Below, one piece after another: positions 46,601 to 54,251 of a stretch of 64,000 nucleotides of DNA. Numbering within the stretch: the stretch's first letter is position 1; each line of letters opens with the position of its first letter. The stretch covers positions 4,965-68,964 of the forward strand of contig JAJYTZ010000001.1 in assembly GCA_021792775.1 (NCBI GenBank). The letters run 5' to 3'. This stretch comes from Candidatus Micrarchaeota archaeon (lineage in GTDB: Archaea > Micrarchaeota > Micrarchaeia > Micrarchaeales > Micrarchaeaceae). The notes beneath the pieces were generated by a model. The model was not told the DNA's origin. It worked only from the letters and a program-made list of their open reading frames with translations, and searched no databases. The position numbers were made by a program, and so were the translations under genes.

Positions 46601-46780
46601 CCCTGTCACGTATGGAGGTCCATCAAGGAAGTATAACTGCTTTCCTATGCCCTTATTCTTGGCCTTTACCTTCTGGTTGATATCGTTATGCTTCCAGTAT
46701 TCGTAGATGTACTTCTCATTTGAATTTATGTCTAACATCGTATCAGATAAACAGGTGTTTGTAGATAGTACTCCAAACAT
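43601..46780 (-). CDS. ileS: Isoleucyl-tRNA synthetase
   Basis: 1059 aa. HIGH-type motif (LHPGHIW), a CP1 editing domain, KMSKS and a Zn-binding C-terminal region. The start may be Met15 (46738). Confidence 0.95.
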   Translation of the reverse strand: MFGVLSTNTCLSDTMLDINSNEKYIYEYWKHNDINQKVKAKNKGIGKQLYFLDGPPYVTGDLHPGHIWVKGLKDLFVRYKRYRGFDVVDRAGYDVHGLPTENAVEKKLKITHKKEIEDRIGIENFIKECRTYIEYYIGRMTNDYERFGISLDFSDPYLPHSNSYIETAWSMLKTAHERGFLYKGSKTTGYCPHCECVVSQGTMEIEHSEERDPSIFVAFMVDTSKSNKSGIKLTKGTYLLVWTTTPWTLPANVAIAVNQNEPYVSARIQGKDYIVAKARLDSVLEALGESAIVTQEFRGSDILGIYYVNALEDDVPKQKELRRYHKVVSGAQFVSVAEGTGLLHVAPGHGLEDYSLGLSLKLPIFSPISPNASYNEDAGKYKGIRVPDEANKAVLEDLERLGVLLKNGTLMHSYPHCWRCHSKVIFIASPQWFLNVQKIKPKLLRENRKIRWHPEEARSWENDILTNSPDWCISRQRYWAIPMPIWVCKECGTITVIGSKSELEESSSNPEYVRSITDLHRPYIDKVVLKCTACGGESLRVLDVMDVWWDSGSAFRASLTKDQFERVFPVEFAVEYIEQIRAWFQYILKVGIFVYGKNPWKHIIVHGILWGSDGRKMSKSFGNFKPLGELVDFATADAYRIWAIGHDPIRNRELDYDDIKDRDKFVIMLYNISNLIKDYSDATDYKPKLKRISRKLEKEEMWIASRFESTKKKITESLDGYEPYYATKAIMDFVIEDLSRFYLKIAKRKILTGSTRQAKSVIDLINHIFFNCLIMMSPIAPFAPEKIYLDHYKFKESIFLEEWPKPDSRLIDKSLEEDFLYVQEAITAILNCREKSRIPLKWPVSDATLEITDDSAYSAIGRFAEIIESSTNSKGLIIKKRSGVNEEVKPAFGKIGPDFKDKAGAVASALKGTDATELRKGVESSGYFLLKTEVGEVRITAEHFTVVQGTEAGDAVIFKYGTAAVNKEITPELKEEALIREIEREVQLSRKKLGLKRPDKIKIGYGSSEDISVVIAKNAKKLKKDLNAISIKEKLIGDDHKEINFEGSVVKISVLHTPS

Positions 46781-46919
46781 AAAAATTAATATGTTCTGTT
46801 TATAGAAACAAGAGGATGGAATCTGCTGCTTTCAAAGTACGCAACCGCACAGTAGCTCGGTTAAGGCCCACTAACATCAATGAATAAATGATTAAAATGT
46901 ATGTTTCAGATCATAATAT

Positions 46920-48503
46920 ATGAACCGCGAACGAAATGACACGCTGCCTATGCCGAATGGCAGGTCCGTAGAGATCAATGAAAAGTTCAGGGCTGCGCTA
47001 GATGTGCTGGAAAACACCAACAAGAATATTTTCATAACGGGACGCGCAGGAACCGGAAAATCTACATTGCTCGAATACTTCCGCCTGACCACAAAAAAGA
47101 ATGTGGCTGTGCTTGCGCCTACAGGAGTTGCTGCGCTCAACGTAAAAGGCCAGACAATACACTCTTTCTTCGGCTTCAGGCCAGACGTAACGCAATTTAC
47201 GGTAAGGAAGAAGCGCGGATCTAGCCTTTACCGGAGTTTGGATATGATAATAATAGATGAAATATCGATGGTAAGGGCTGACCTTCTTGACTGCATAGAC
47301 AAATTTATGAGGTTAAACGGGAAGGACAGCTCGCTACCTTTCGGGGGAGTCCAGATGGCATTCGTAGGGGATTTATACCAGCTCTCTCCGATAGTAACAT
47401 ATAGAGAAAAGAAAATGTTTAAGGAGTACTACGCAAGCGAGTACTTCTTTGATGCTAATGCGTTCAATGACCTTGATGCTGAATTTGTTGAACTTGATAA
47501 GTGCTACAGGCAAGATGATGCGCATTTTATAGAACTGCTTAATGCTGTAAGAAACAATACTGCCACAGAGGTGCATCTTAAAGAGCTTAACAAGAGATTT
47601 GATCCGTCTTTCAGCCCAATGGTTTCTGATGGCTACATAACCCTTGTCCCGATAAACAGGCTTGCGGACGAGATAAACAATGCAAACCTCGCAAAGCTCA
47701 AGACAGAAACCTTTGCATACAAAGCCAGATTTAAAGGCGATTTTGACATAAAGTCCCTTCCGGCCGAAGAAAGACTTTACGTAAAAGTAGGATCGCAGGT
47801 AATGCTTCTGAATAATGACAAGGACAGAAGATGGGTTAACGGAAGTGTTGGTTATATTGCTGCCATAAACCAGGAAGATGGGGCGGCAGATGTGATAATA
47901 GTAAGGTTTGCTGATGGTTCTACTGCAGAGGTAACTCCGCATACATGGGAACTTTTCAGATTTTCGTATGATGCTGGCTCTCGCAGACTCATTCCAGAGG
48001 TTATCGGTAGCTTTACCCAATATCCAATGATGTTGGCATGGGCAGTTACAATACACAAAAGCCAGGGGAAGACATTCGATAAGATGATTGTAGACGTAGG
48101 CAGCGGCACGTTTGCAAACGGCCAGCTGTATGTGGCTCTGAGCAGATGTGTAAGCCTTGAGGGCATAATTCTGAAGAAACGCTTGGAGAAGAGGCACATA
48201 TTTACAGACTGGCGTGTAGTGAGATTTATAACTAGATATCAGTATGGCAAATCAGAGAAAAAGATGCCGTTGCGCGAAAAGAAAAAACTTATAGAACAGG
48301 CAATAAAGTCAGGAAAGAGTATTGAGATTCTGTACCTTAAAGCTAATGATGAAAAGTCTAGAAGGATAGTGAAGCCATCCAAGATAGGGAGGTTTGACTA
48401 TATGGGAATGAGCTATTCCGGCATGTCGGGATTTGACTCTAAAAGAAAGGAAGAGAGAAACTTTAGAATAGAGAGGATTCTCGAAATCAAGACCATAGAA
48501 TAG
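46920..48503 (+). CDS. Pif1/RecD-like SF1B DNA helicase with C-terminal WYL-like domain
   Basis: 527 aa. Walker A GRAGTGKST, Walker B IIIDEISM, GDLYQLSP and TIHKSQG. The tail SIEILYLKANDEKSRRIVKPSKIG...ERNFRIERILEI resembles a WYL domain. Confidence 0.8.
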   Translation: MNRERNDTLPMPNGRSVEINEKFRAALDVLENTNKNIFITGRAGTGKSTLLEYFRLTTKKNVAVLAPTGVAALNVKGQTIHSFFGFRPDVTQFTVRKKRGSSLYRSLDMIIIDEISMVRADLLDCIDKFMRLNGKDSSLPFGGVQMAFVGDLYQLSPIVTYREKKMFKEYYASEYFFDANAFNDLDAEFVELDKCYRQDDAHFIELLNAVRNNTATEVHLKELNKRFDPSFSPMVSDGYITLVPINRLADEINNANLAKLKTETFAYKARFKGDFDIKSLPAEERLYVKVGSQVMLLNNDKDRRWVNGSVGYIAAINQEDGAADVIIVRFADGSTAEVTPHTWELFRFSYDAGSRRLIPEVIGSFTQYPMMLAWAVTIHKSQGKTFDKMIVDVGSGTFANGQLYVALSRCVSLEGIILKKRLEKRHIFTDWRVVRFITRYQYGKSEKKMPLREKKKLIEQAIKSGKSIEILYLKANDEKSRRIVKPSKIGRFDYMGMSYSGMSGFDSKRKEERNFRIERILEIKTIE

Positions 48504-48527
48504 TCCCATACGGAGAGGGGTGGATTT

Positions 48528-48649
48528 GAAGACGCGAAATCTGTGCATTCGCGCACATATTATGGCGCATTTAGAGATATAAACAGATACGGTGTGAATA
48601 CCGGCTATGGCCATACCATGTATTTTCGATTAACCTTTCCGAAAAGGTT
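48528..48649 (+). repeat. Direct repeat copy A (about 120 bp), left border of the R-M/VapBC island
   Basis: By eye about 9 of 10 positions identical with 53140-53258, e.g. attatGgcgcatttagaGatataaacagatacggtgTgaataccGgctatGgcc...ttttcgattaacctttccGaaaaggtt. Contains the hairpin aaccttt-ccga-aaaggtt. Confidence 0.8.
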
Positions 48650-48668
48650 TAGCCACATGCCATTTACA

Positions 48669-49517
48669 TTATTTCTTAATAAGTTTTGGTATTAGCTTAG
48701 CTGCAAGTTTCAGGTTGAAAACATACTCTATATGTCCAAAAGCAACTTCTCTGGCTTCTTTACCTGTTTTCCATGCTGCCCCATCAGTAATCCAAATGAA
48801 TTTCATCCCACTCTTCTTCGCATCTCTTTGTAGATTGATATAACTCTGAGCAGTTTCGAGTGGCTTACTCCCTAATCCGTTGAAAAAATTAGCTTCGATA
48901 TAAGCAAATATTTTACCTTTTTTATATATTATTATATCGGATGTTTTATCTCTATCTCCAAACTTATTCTTTCCGCTCGCCTTCCTCGCATCTATTCCCG
49001 ATTTCTGCAAAGCTTTCAATGTTAGTTCTTCAAAGATCTTACCAGAACGATTCTTCCTTGCGTTAGTATCAGATCCTACTTCTACTCCAAGTAGATAGGT
49101 ATATAGATCCTTAATTGTGCCTAATGCTTCAACTATCTTTGTCTTTTTACAAAAATCTAATATATCGTTTATAGATCCTTCACTGAAGTTTATATTTGTA
49201 TAAGATATTCCACCATCTTTATCTATTAGAAGCAGATTAAATTTACTTTCTCTCGTTGCAACAAGAAACGGAATTATTAAACGTGTTTTTGGGTATTTCC
49301 TTAGTATTCGTTCTAAATGGGCAGTCCTTTTACTTTTGTCCTTTATAACTACTAAACCATTCAGCAATGATATTTCGTCCAAGTGCTTTTCTAAGTTTGA
49401 ATATACTTTATCCCAATTGACAAAAAATTCGGGTGTCCGATTAGTTTCTAGCAATGTATTATAGAACTCCTTGAAATAGTCTTCTTTAGATTTGTAACCA
49501 AATTCCTTATAGTTCAT
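48669..49517 (-). CDS. Type II restriction endonuclease, DpnII/MboI family (GATC)
   Basis: 282 aa. GVEVGSDTNARKNRSG, IEANFFNGLGSKPLE and FIWITDGAAWKT match the blocks I recall from MboI/DpnII (GIEVGLDTNARKNRGG, IETNYYNSGGSKLNE, FVWITDGQGWKT). Confidence 0.85.
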   Translation of the reverse strand: MNYKEFGYKSKEDYFKEFYNTLLETNRTPEFFVNWDKVYSNLEKHLDEISLLNGLVVIKDKSKRTAHLERILRKYPKTRLIIPFLVATRESKFNLLLIDKDGGISYTNINFSEGSINDILDFCKKTKIVEALGTIKDLYTYLLGVEVGSDTNARKNRSGKIFEELTLKALQKSGIDARKASGKNKFGDRDKTSDIIIYKKGKIFAYIEANFFNGLGSKPLETAQSYINLQRDAKKSGMKFIWITDGAAWKTGKEAREVAFGHIEYVFNLKLAAKLIPKLIKK

Positions 49518-49526
49518 AAATATTAC

Positions 49527-50396
49527 CTATTGCTTAATCTCACTAACAACCTGCTTTTGTACTCTGAATAGAGGCACCTGTTTGTTCTTCCAACTTCTTA
49601 CTATTAATTCTGCTATCTTGCCTCTTCCATTTCCTTTTGAATTTATTGCCCTATTGGCATAAACTTCTTCTATGTTAAAGTTAGAATATAGTTCACTTAT
49701 TAGTTTGGTTTTTGAATTGCTTAGCATTACATGGCATCTCCTATTTACAAGCGTTTTGAATGTTTCCGCCAGTCTGATCTGATCATTCTCACCAAAGCTC
49801 TTGTTCGTATATCCAGTAAAATTAGATGTTCTGGATAGTGGTTGGTACGGTGGGTCAAAGTATATTAGGTCATCTTTCCTTGCATGTTTTAGTACTTCGG
49901 TGAAGTCACTAGCAAAAAGTTCTGCTTTTTGTAATGCTTTATTATCCATAATTAACGTTTCTTGATCAAACAGTTTCATTTTATTGTATTTTCCAAAAGG
50001 TGTATTGAATTTGCCCTTAGAATTAACTCTATAAAGTCCATTATATGCTGTTTTATTTAAGTAAATGAATCTAGCTGCTTTATTAATAGCCTCTTCAACT
50101 TCTAAACTTCTTATATCATAGTATGCTTCTTTTTCATTTTTATATACTGGTTTCTTAAGTTCGACAATAAGCTCGGTCACATTAGATTTGATAACATTGT
50201 ATGTATTTATGAGGTCTGAATTATAATCATATAGATATGCTCTACTTACCAAATTTCTATTATGCAATTCAAAGAAAAGTGATCCCCCACCTAAAAACGG
50301 TTCATGATAGTCTTTGAATTTTACCAATGATCCCGTTAGATGTTTAAGTATCTGCCTTTTTCCTCCGGCCCACTTGATAAACGGCCTTGCACGCAT
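49527..50396 (-). CDS. dam: Dam-type (D12 class) N6-adenine DNA methyltransferase
   Basis: 289 aa. FIKWAGGKRQIL, EPFLGGGSLFFEL and the YFDPPY catalytic motif. Immediately upstream of the REase. Confidence 0.9.
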   Translation of the reverse strand: MRARPFIKWAGGKRQILKHLTGSLVKFKDYHEPFLGGGSLFFELHNRNLVSRAYLYDYNSDLINTYNVIKSNVTELIVELKKPVYKNEKEAYYDIRSLEVEEAINKAARFIYLNKTAYNGLYRVNSKGKFNTPFGKYNKMKLFDQETLIMDNKALQKAELFASDFTEVLKHARKDDLIYFDPPYQPLSRTSNFTGYTNKSFGENDQIRLAETFKTLVNRRCHVMLSNSKTKLISELYSNFNIEEVYANRAINSKGNGRGKIAELIVRSWKNKQVPLFRVQKQVVSEIKQ

Positions 50397-50531
50397 TATT
50401 CACACCTATATTAATTAACGTTACATTAATTTATATCTCTTTTCTCGTAATTGCTCAATAAGTTGAGGGAGATTGATGTGTGTGTCGCACAATTAACTCT
50501 GATAGGCGCGAAATACCACACTGTTTCGGCA

Positions 50532-51809
50532 TCATAATAATTCTTTATTTAGCAACCACTTCCATAATGGAACAAGTGCTATTTTCTTTCCTTCTGTTAC
50601 AATACTGCCCTCATAATCCCATGTGACTATAAGAAGATCCTTGCATCTCAGCTCTTTAGAAGCAATTACTAGCGACTTTATCTCCCTATCATCAATTGCA
50701 TCACGGCTTGTTGCGTAAGTGGCCTGGATTAGCTTTGTGATTTCTCTGCCCTCCTTAATAATAAAATCTACCTCCCTTCCTTGATGGTCCTTCCAGTAAA
50801 ATACTTCAAATCCGACATTTTTGCTGCCCTTTATTAGCTCCGTTGCAACAATATTCTCCATTAATCTGCCTTTGTTGCCCGTCGGCTCCGGACTTATCTC
50901 TCCTATTATGCCAACATCAACGCAGTATATCTTTTTAGGCGCGAGGATTGTTTGCTTCAGTTTATATGAAAACCGCTCTGTTTTGAAGATAAGATATGCC
51001 TCTTCAAGGTACCTCACCCAATTCGATATGGTTATAAGGCTCTTGGCTCTAGTCACGCCTTTAAGCGAAGAGTATGTAAATTCCTTTGAGCTGTTTGACA
51101 CCAAAAACCGTGCCACTTGCCTTAAATCGCCTATGTGCTTTATCTTGTGCCTTATTACAACGTCTTTTGTTATTATATCATTGTAAATGTTCCTGATTAT
51201 CTGCCTGCCCAGAGTAAACTGCTCTGGAAACCCCCCCGAAATCATATACTCATCGAGTAATCGCACAACCTCTGCCCTGTTGGCAGTAGAGAAAGCCTTA
51301 GGCATATTCCAGTGTTTATACGTAAGAAACTCACTAAAGCTGAATGGAAACAACAGCAGGTCGATGTGGCGACCTGTCAGCCTAGATGAAAGCTCACCGC
51401 TAAGCAGTTTAGAGCTAGATCCCGTAACTATGACCTTCTTTGTATCCCTAAGCCTGCTTACGAACGGTTCCCAATTAGGTACTAATTGTATCTCATCCAG
51501 TATTATATTGCCAAGGTCAGATCCATACAGTTCATAGAATATCTGAAGTATGACGTTAAGGTCATCCTTAGTTGCGCCTAGGAGCCTCTCATCATCAAAA
51601 TTTATATAGCCGAATTTATCTTCAGCGAACAACTGCTCTGAAAGCGTAGACTTGCCAGAGCGCCTGACTCCGAGGACTACGAAGGCGGTCGGGGCTTTCA
51701 GCACTATCGGCTCACTTGCATCTCTAACTATTATGTTTTTGTCCTTAAACTTTTCTTCGATGCTCTTTCTCTGATCAACTATTACAAGCCTGAGCGTTTC
51801 TTTATCCAT
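50532..51809 (-). CDS. AAA-type ATPase with C-terminal DUF4143-like domain
   Basis: 425 aa. Walker A GVRRSGKST, Walker B IILDEIQ, and a C-terminal restriction-endonuclease-like region (EVDFIIKEG). Confidence 0.75.
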   Translation of the reverse strand: MDKETLRLVIVDQRKSIEEKFKDKNIIVRDASEPIVLKAPTAFVVLGVRRSGKSTLSEQLFAEDKFGYINFDDERLLGATKDDLNVILQIFYELYGSDLGNIILDEIQLVPNWEPFVSRLRDTKKVIVTGSSSKLLSGELSSRLTGRHIDLLLFPFSFSEFLTYKHWNMPKAFSTANRAEVVRLLDEYMISGGFPEQFTLGRQIIRNIYNDIITKDVVIRHKIKHIGDLRQVARFLVSNSSKEFTYSSLKGVTRAKSLITISNWVRYLEEAYLIFKTERFSYKLKQTILAPKKIYCVDVGIIGEISPEPTGNKGRLMENIVATELIKGSKNVGFEVFYWKDHQGREVDFIIKEGREITKLIQATYATSRDAIDDREIKSLVIASKELRCKDLLIVTWDYEGSIVTEGKKIALVPLWKWLLNKELL

Positions 51810-51867
51810 AATATAGTATACTATATGATATTATTTAAATCTTTACTATTAGACTATATAATAGAAA

Positions 51868-52200
51868 CTACTGCTGTTGAGAGGGTTGGTATTTCGTCCG
51901 TGACTTTACCAGAAGATTATAATCGTCCTCTGAAAGTTTCTTTAGACTTCTATTAACCCTTCGCCGACCTATTTTAAACAGTTTGAATACCTTGTAGCCA
52001 AACATGTCTTCGATGTCAACATTTTCCCCAATCCATTCTATGTCGATATAGAGCCGTAAAAGTTCATCTACCTTTTTGGGAGGGTTGTTTGCTGCCTCGT
52101 CTATCTCATTTAAAACCATTACCATGTCTTCCAAGCTCATGAGGTTCACCGTGCGATGTACAAACGCCATTAGGTGATGGTATTTGATTGTACTTGCCAA
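51868..52200 (-). CDS. Hypothetical protein
   Basis: 110-aa ORF between the ATPase and vapC; no motif recognised. Confidence 0.4.
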   Translation of the reverse strand: MASTIKYHHLMAFVHRTVNLMSLEDMVMVLNEIDEAANNPPKKVDELLRLYIDIEWIGENVDIEDMFGYKVFKLFKIGRRRVNRSLKKLSEDDYNLLVKSRTKYQPSQQQ

Positions 52201-52206
52201 TATTAC

Positions 52207-52593
52207 CTAGCATTCTATTGCCTTGACTCCGACTTTCTTAGCAAGCTCTGCTTGGCCCCTGTCGCAGGTTACTAACTCGTAATTATTCCTTAGCGCCGCA
52301 GCTATGAACATAGCATCATATATTGATGCATTGTATTTCTTAGCGATTTCAAATGCCTTACTAGTATGTTTTTTTTCTTCTATAAATCTGAAGGTATCCG
52401 GATACCTCTCAAGAATCTCGACTGCCTTCTTATAATCAAGTTCATCCTTACGGACTTTTTTCAGAAGGGCACTGCCCAGCTCTATCATAGAAAGTTCTAT
52501 GCTGATGGGCTCGTAGAGATACGCCTCTACATCTTCCCATCCGGGCTCTTCCGAAAAGTACTTGACAATAACAGAGCTATCAATGAGCCTCAT
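52207..52593 (-). CDS. vapC: PIN-domain toxin (VapC)
   Basis: 128 aa. MRLIDSSVIVKYF (Asp1), E at LSMIELG, DAMFIAAA and VTCDRGQ are PIN acidic residues. Confidence 0.8.
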   Translation of the reverse strand: MRLIDSSVIVKYFSEEPGWEDVEAYLYEPISIELSMIELGSALLKKVRKDELDYKKAVEILERYPDTFRFIEEKKHTSKAFEIAKKYNASIYDAMFIAAALRNNYELVTCDRGQAELAKKVGVKAIEC

Positions 52594-52798
52594 TTCTATC
52601 CTCTCTTATCGATTTCACTGCAAATCCTGCTTTTGAGGGTTTTGAAGTTTTAATAATTTCTTTCAATTCGAGTAAGACTCTTTTTGCATTTGCCTTCCAT
52701 GCAATATCCTCTACATATTCTTTCGGATTTATGCCTGCCTTCTTGAGCTGCCCGATAGTACCACGTTTTACTCTAATACTAATTACTTCTGTTTCCAT
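52580..52798 (-). CDS. vapB: VapB-type antitoxin
   Basis: 72 aa. 14-nt overlap with vapC, N-terminal EVISIRVKRGTIGQLKK (RHH/AbrB-like), C-terminal SIREDRNE. Confidence 0.6.
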   Translation of the reverse strand: METEVISIRVKRGTIGQLKKAGINPKEYVEDIAWKANAKRVLLELKEIIKTSKPSKAGFAVKSIREDRNEAH

Positions 52799-53026
52799 AA
52801 TTATATTATAGTATACATATATATAAACATTTTTGTTTACTTAATAGATTATAGGAACTTGACAGCTACATACAACCACCCATGATGAATGGGTTTTCCA
52901 ATAACCATGCCGCGTTTTAACATACATCCTCAATGGCATCCGAACCTCAATCACATTCAGGCCTGCCAGTGGGGGTCGTGGAACTTCCGCCACCACACTC
53001 TACTTTTAGAGTCGTAAAAACACTAA

Positions 53027-53084
53027 TGGACTCGGCGGGAATCGCACCCGCGACCTCCCGCTTGCGAAGCGGGCGCGCTCTAGC
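53027..53084 (-). pseudogene. 5'-truncated tRNA-Ala(CGC)-like fragment (D loop to 3' end); att remnant
   Basis: Minus strand: GCTAGAGCGCGCCCGCTTCGCAAGCGGGAGGTCGCGGGTGCGATTCCCGCCGAGTCCA. Anticodon arm CCCGC-TTCGCAA-GCGGG, T arm GCGGG-TGCGATT-CCCGC. No matching 5' acceptor strand upstream. Confidence 0.65.
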
Positions 53085-53139
53085 TGTTTGCCGTCTAGCT
53101 TTTGTTTCCATATAGCCACCGTAGATTTTATTTTCGTTG

Positions 53140-53258
53140 AATGCGAACATCGGTGTTCCGCACACAGATTATAGCGCATTTAGAAATATAAACAGATACG
53201 GTGCGAATACCAGCTATAGCCGCACCCAGTGTTTTCGATTAACCTTTCCAAAAAGGTT
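53140..53258 (+). repeat. Direct repeat copy B
   Basis: See copy A. Followed by two CGCACCCAG motifs and a second hairpin (cttttcgtaaaaag). Confidence 0.8.
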
Positions 53259-53317
53259 GCGCACCCAGACTTTTTAGCAAAGCTTTTCGTAAAAAGGTTT
53301 CGCCGTATTGGTACTCA

Positions 53318-53555
53318 TAAAGTAATTAACCTATAGTGCATCTCTCTTTTTTGACACCATTCCTCAGCAGCTTTGCTCTTTCTTTTCGTTACCTCAGTTA
53401 GATTATTCTTACCTTTTATCTCCACAACTTCCTGTGTTCCATCTTCATACTCAATTAAGAAGTCAGGCGTATAATGTGCTACCTTCTCATCGATGTTTAC
53501 ATAAGGTATTCGGATGCCGTGGTTTTTTGTCCAGCATGTTGCCCTTCTGTATCGT
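53318..53555 (-). pseudogene. C-terminal fragment of a PD-(D/E)xK nuclease-fold protein (TnsA/restriction-endonuclease-like)
   Basis: Hand translation, in a different frame from the adjacent transposase ORF: ...HGIRIPYVNIDEKVAHYTPDFLIEYEDGTQEVVEIKGKNNLTEVTKRKSKAAEEWCQKREMHYRLITL*. It has the D...E-x-K pattern YTPDF...VEIKG. No start codon. Confidence 0.4.
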
Positions 53556-54059
53556 CAGGGCCGTAGGAATCCCGTTGATTCCAGTCGCAATCCCGAAGGT
53601 CACCTGCATTTTGTTGGGGCGGTGGTCCCTGGAGTAACCCAATGCACCAATCTCCGCTTTCTTCCCTTCGAAATAGATTGATGACCAATCGATGTTCTGG
53701 TCCTTGCCCGCAAGGTTCCTCGCGTTGAGGAAGTCCTGGTATCTCTCGATGATGGGAGCCGCGAGGAACCCTACCTTCTCTACCGTCCGATAAAGCGACC
53801 TCTCGGAAACGTTCTCTGCCCCGAGAAGCGCACAGGCATCTTCCGATAGGATTGGGACTATCTGGTGTATCGACGTTGCATACGTCAACCGATTGTTAAG
53901 GAGGATTTTCATCCTGCCGATGTATGCGTGACTCAGAATCCCTACGAAGACTGAGGAGACCAGACCAAAATCCTTTTCTACTTTGTCGATTATAGATATA
54001 CCGCCCAAGGGCGTAGTTGTATTTTTCATGGAAATCAATGAAAATACCGCCCTTGGCAT
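53487..54059 (-). pseudogene. N-terminal third of an IS1634/IS4-type DDE transposase
   Basis: 190 aa. IDWSSIYFEGKKAEIGALGYSRDHRPNKMQVTFGIATGINGIPTALTIQKGNMLD is the IS1634-type signature around the first catalytic Asp. The ORF stops far short of a full transposase. Confidence 0.7.
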
Positions 54060-54094
54060 AAAAATAGGTTGCGTTAGTTTACAAGAGAAGTGGC

Positions 54095-54251
54095 GAGGTT
54101 AAGTTACTAAAGACCTCAACTAAAGAGGTACGCCGTATTATTGATGGTTAGAAGTCCCTCGTGAAAACGGAGTGATCTTTAGCTTGTCGTCGAGAGCTTA
54201 CTAAAGACCTTTTGGGCTTATGGGTCTTTAGTCGCCCGAGGTCTTTAGTTA
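54095..54251. promoter_or_regulatory. Cluster of six copies (both orientations) of a 10-13 bp motif TTACTAAAGACCT at the 3' end of integrase 1
   Basis: Direct copies at 54104-54116, 54119-54129 (variant) and 54198-54210. Inverted copies at 54175-54183 (variant), 54222-54232 and 54239-54251 (overlaps the int stop). Confidence 0.6.

Larger units (their letters stand above)
48528..53084 (-). mobile_element. Island segment E0: R-M pair, ATPase, unknown, VapBC; bounded by repeat A and the tRNA-Ala-like fragment/repeat B
   Basis: Flanking direct repeats, a terminal tRNA fragment, visibly AT-richer sequence than the neighbouring ileS/helicase, and defence/TA cargo. Confidence 0.5.

Noticed and set aside
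46858-46900. tRNA-like D-arm string gtagctcggttaaggcc upstream of the helicase
   Set aside because: No acceptor, anticodon or T arm can be built around it on either strand.
52947-53026. C-terminal part of the 72-aa ORF 52947-53165 (ISVFTTLKVECGGGSSTTPTGRPECD) as real coding sequence
   Set aside because: It is read-through past the tRNA-derived att fragment with no similarity to the integrases. Only the part upstream of and through att is discussed, as a possible int(N).
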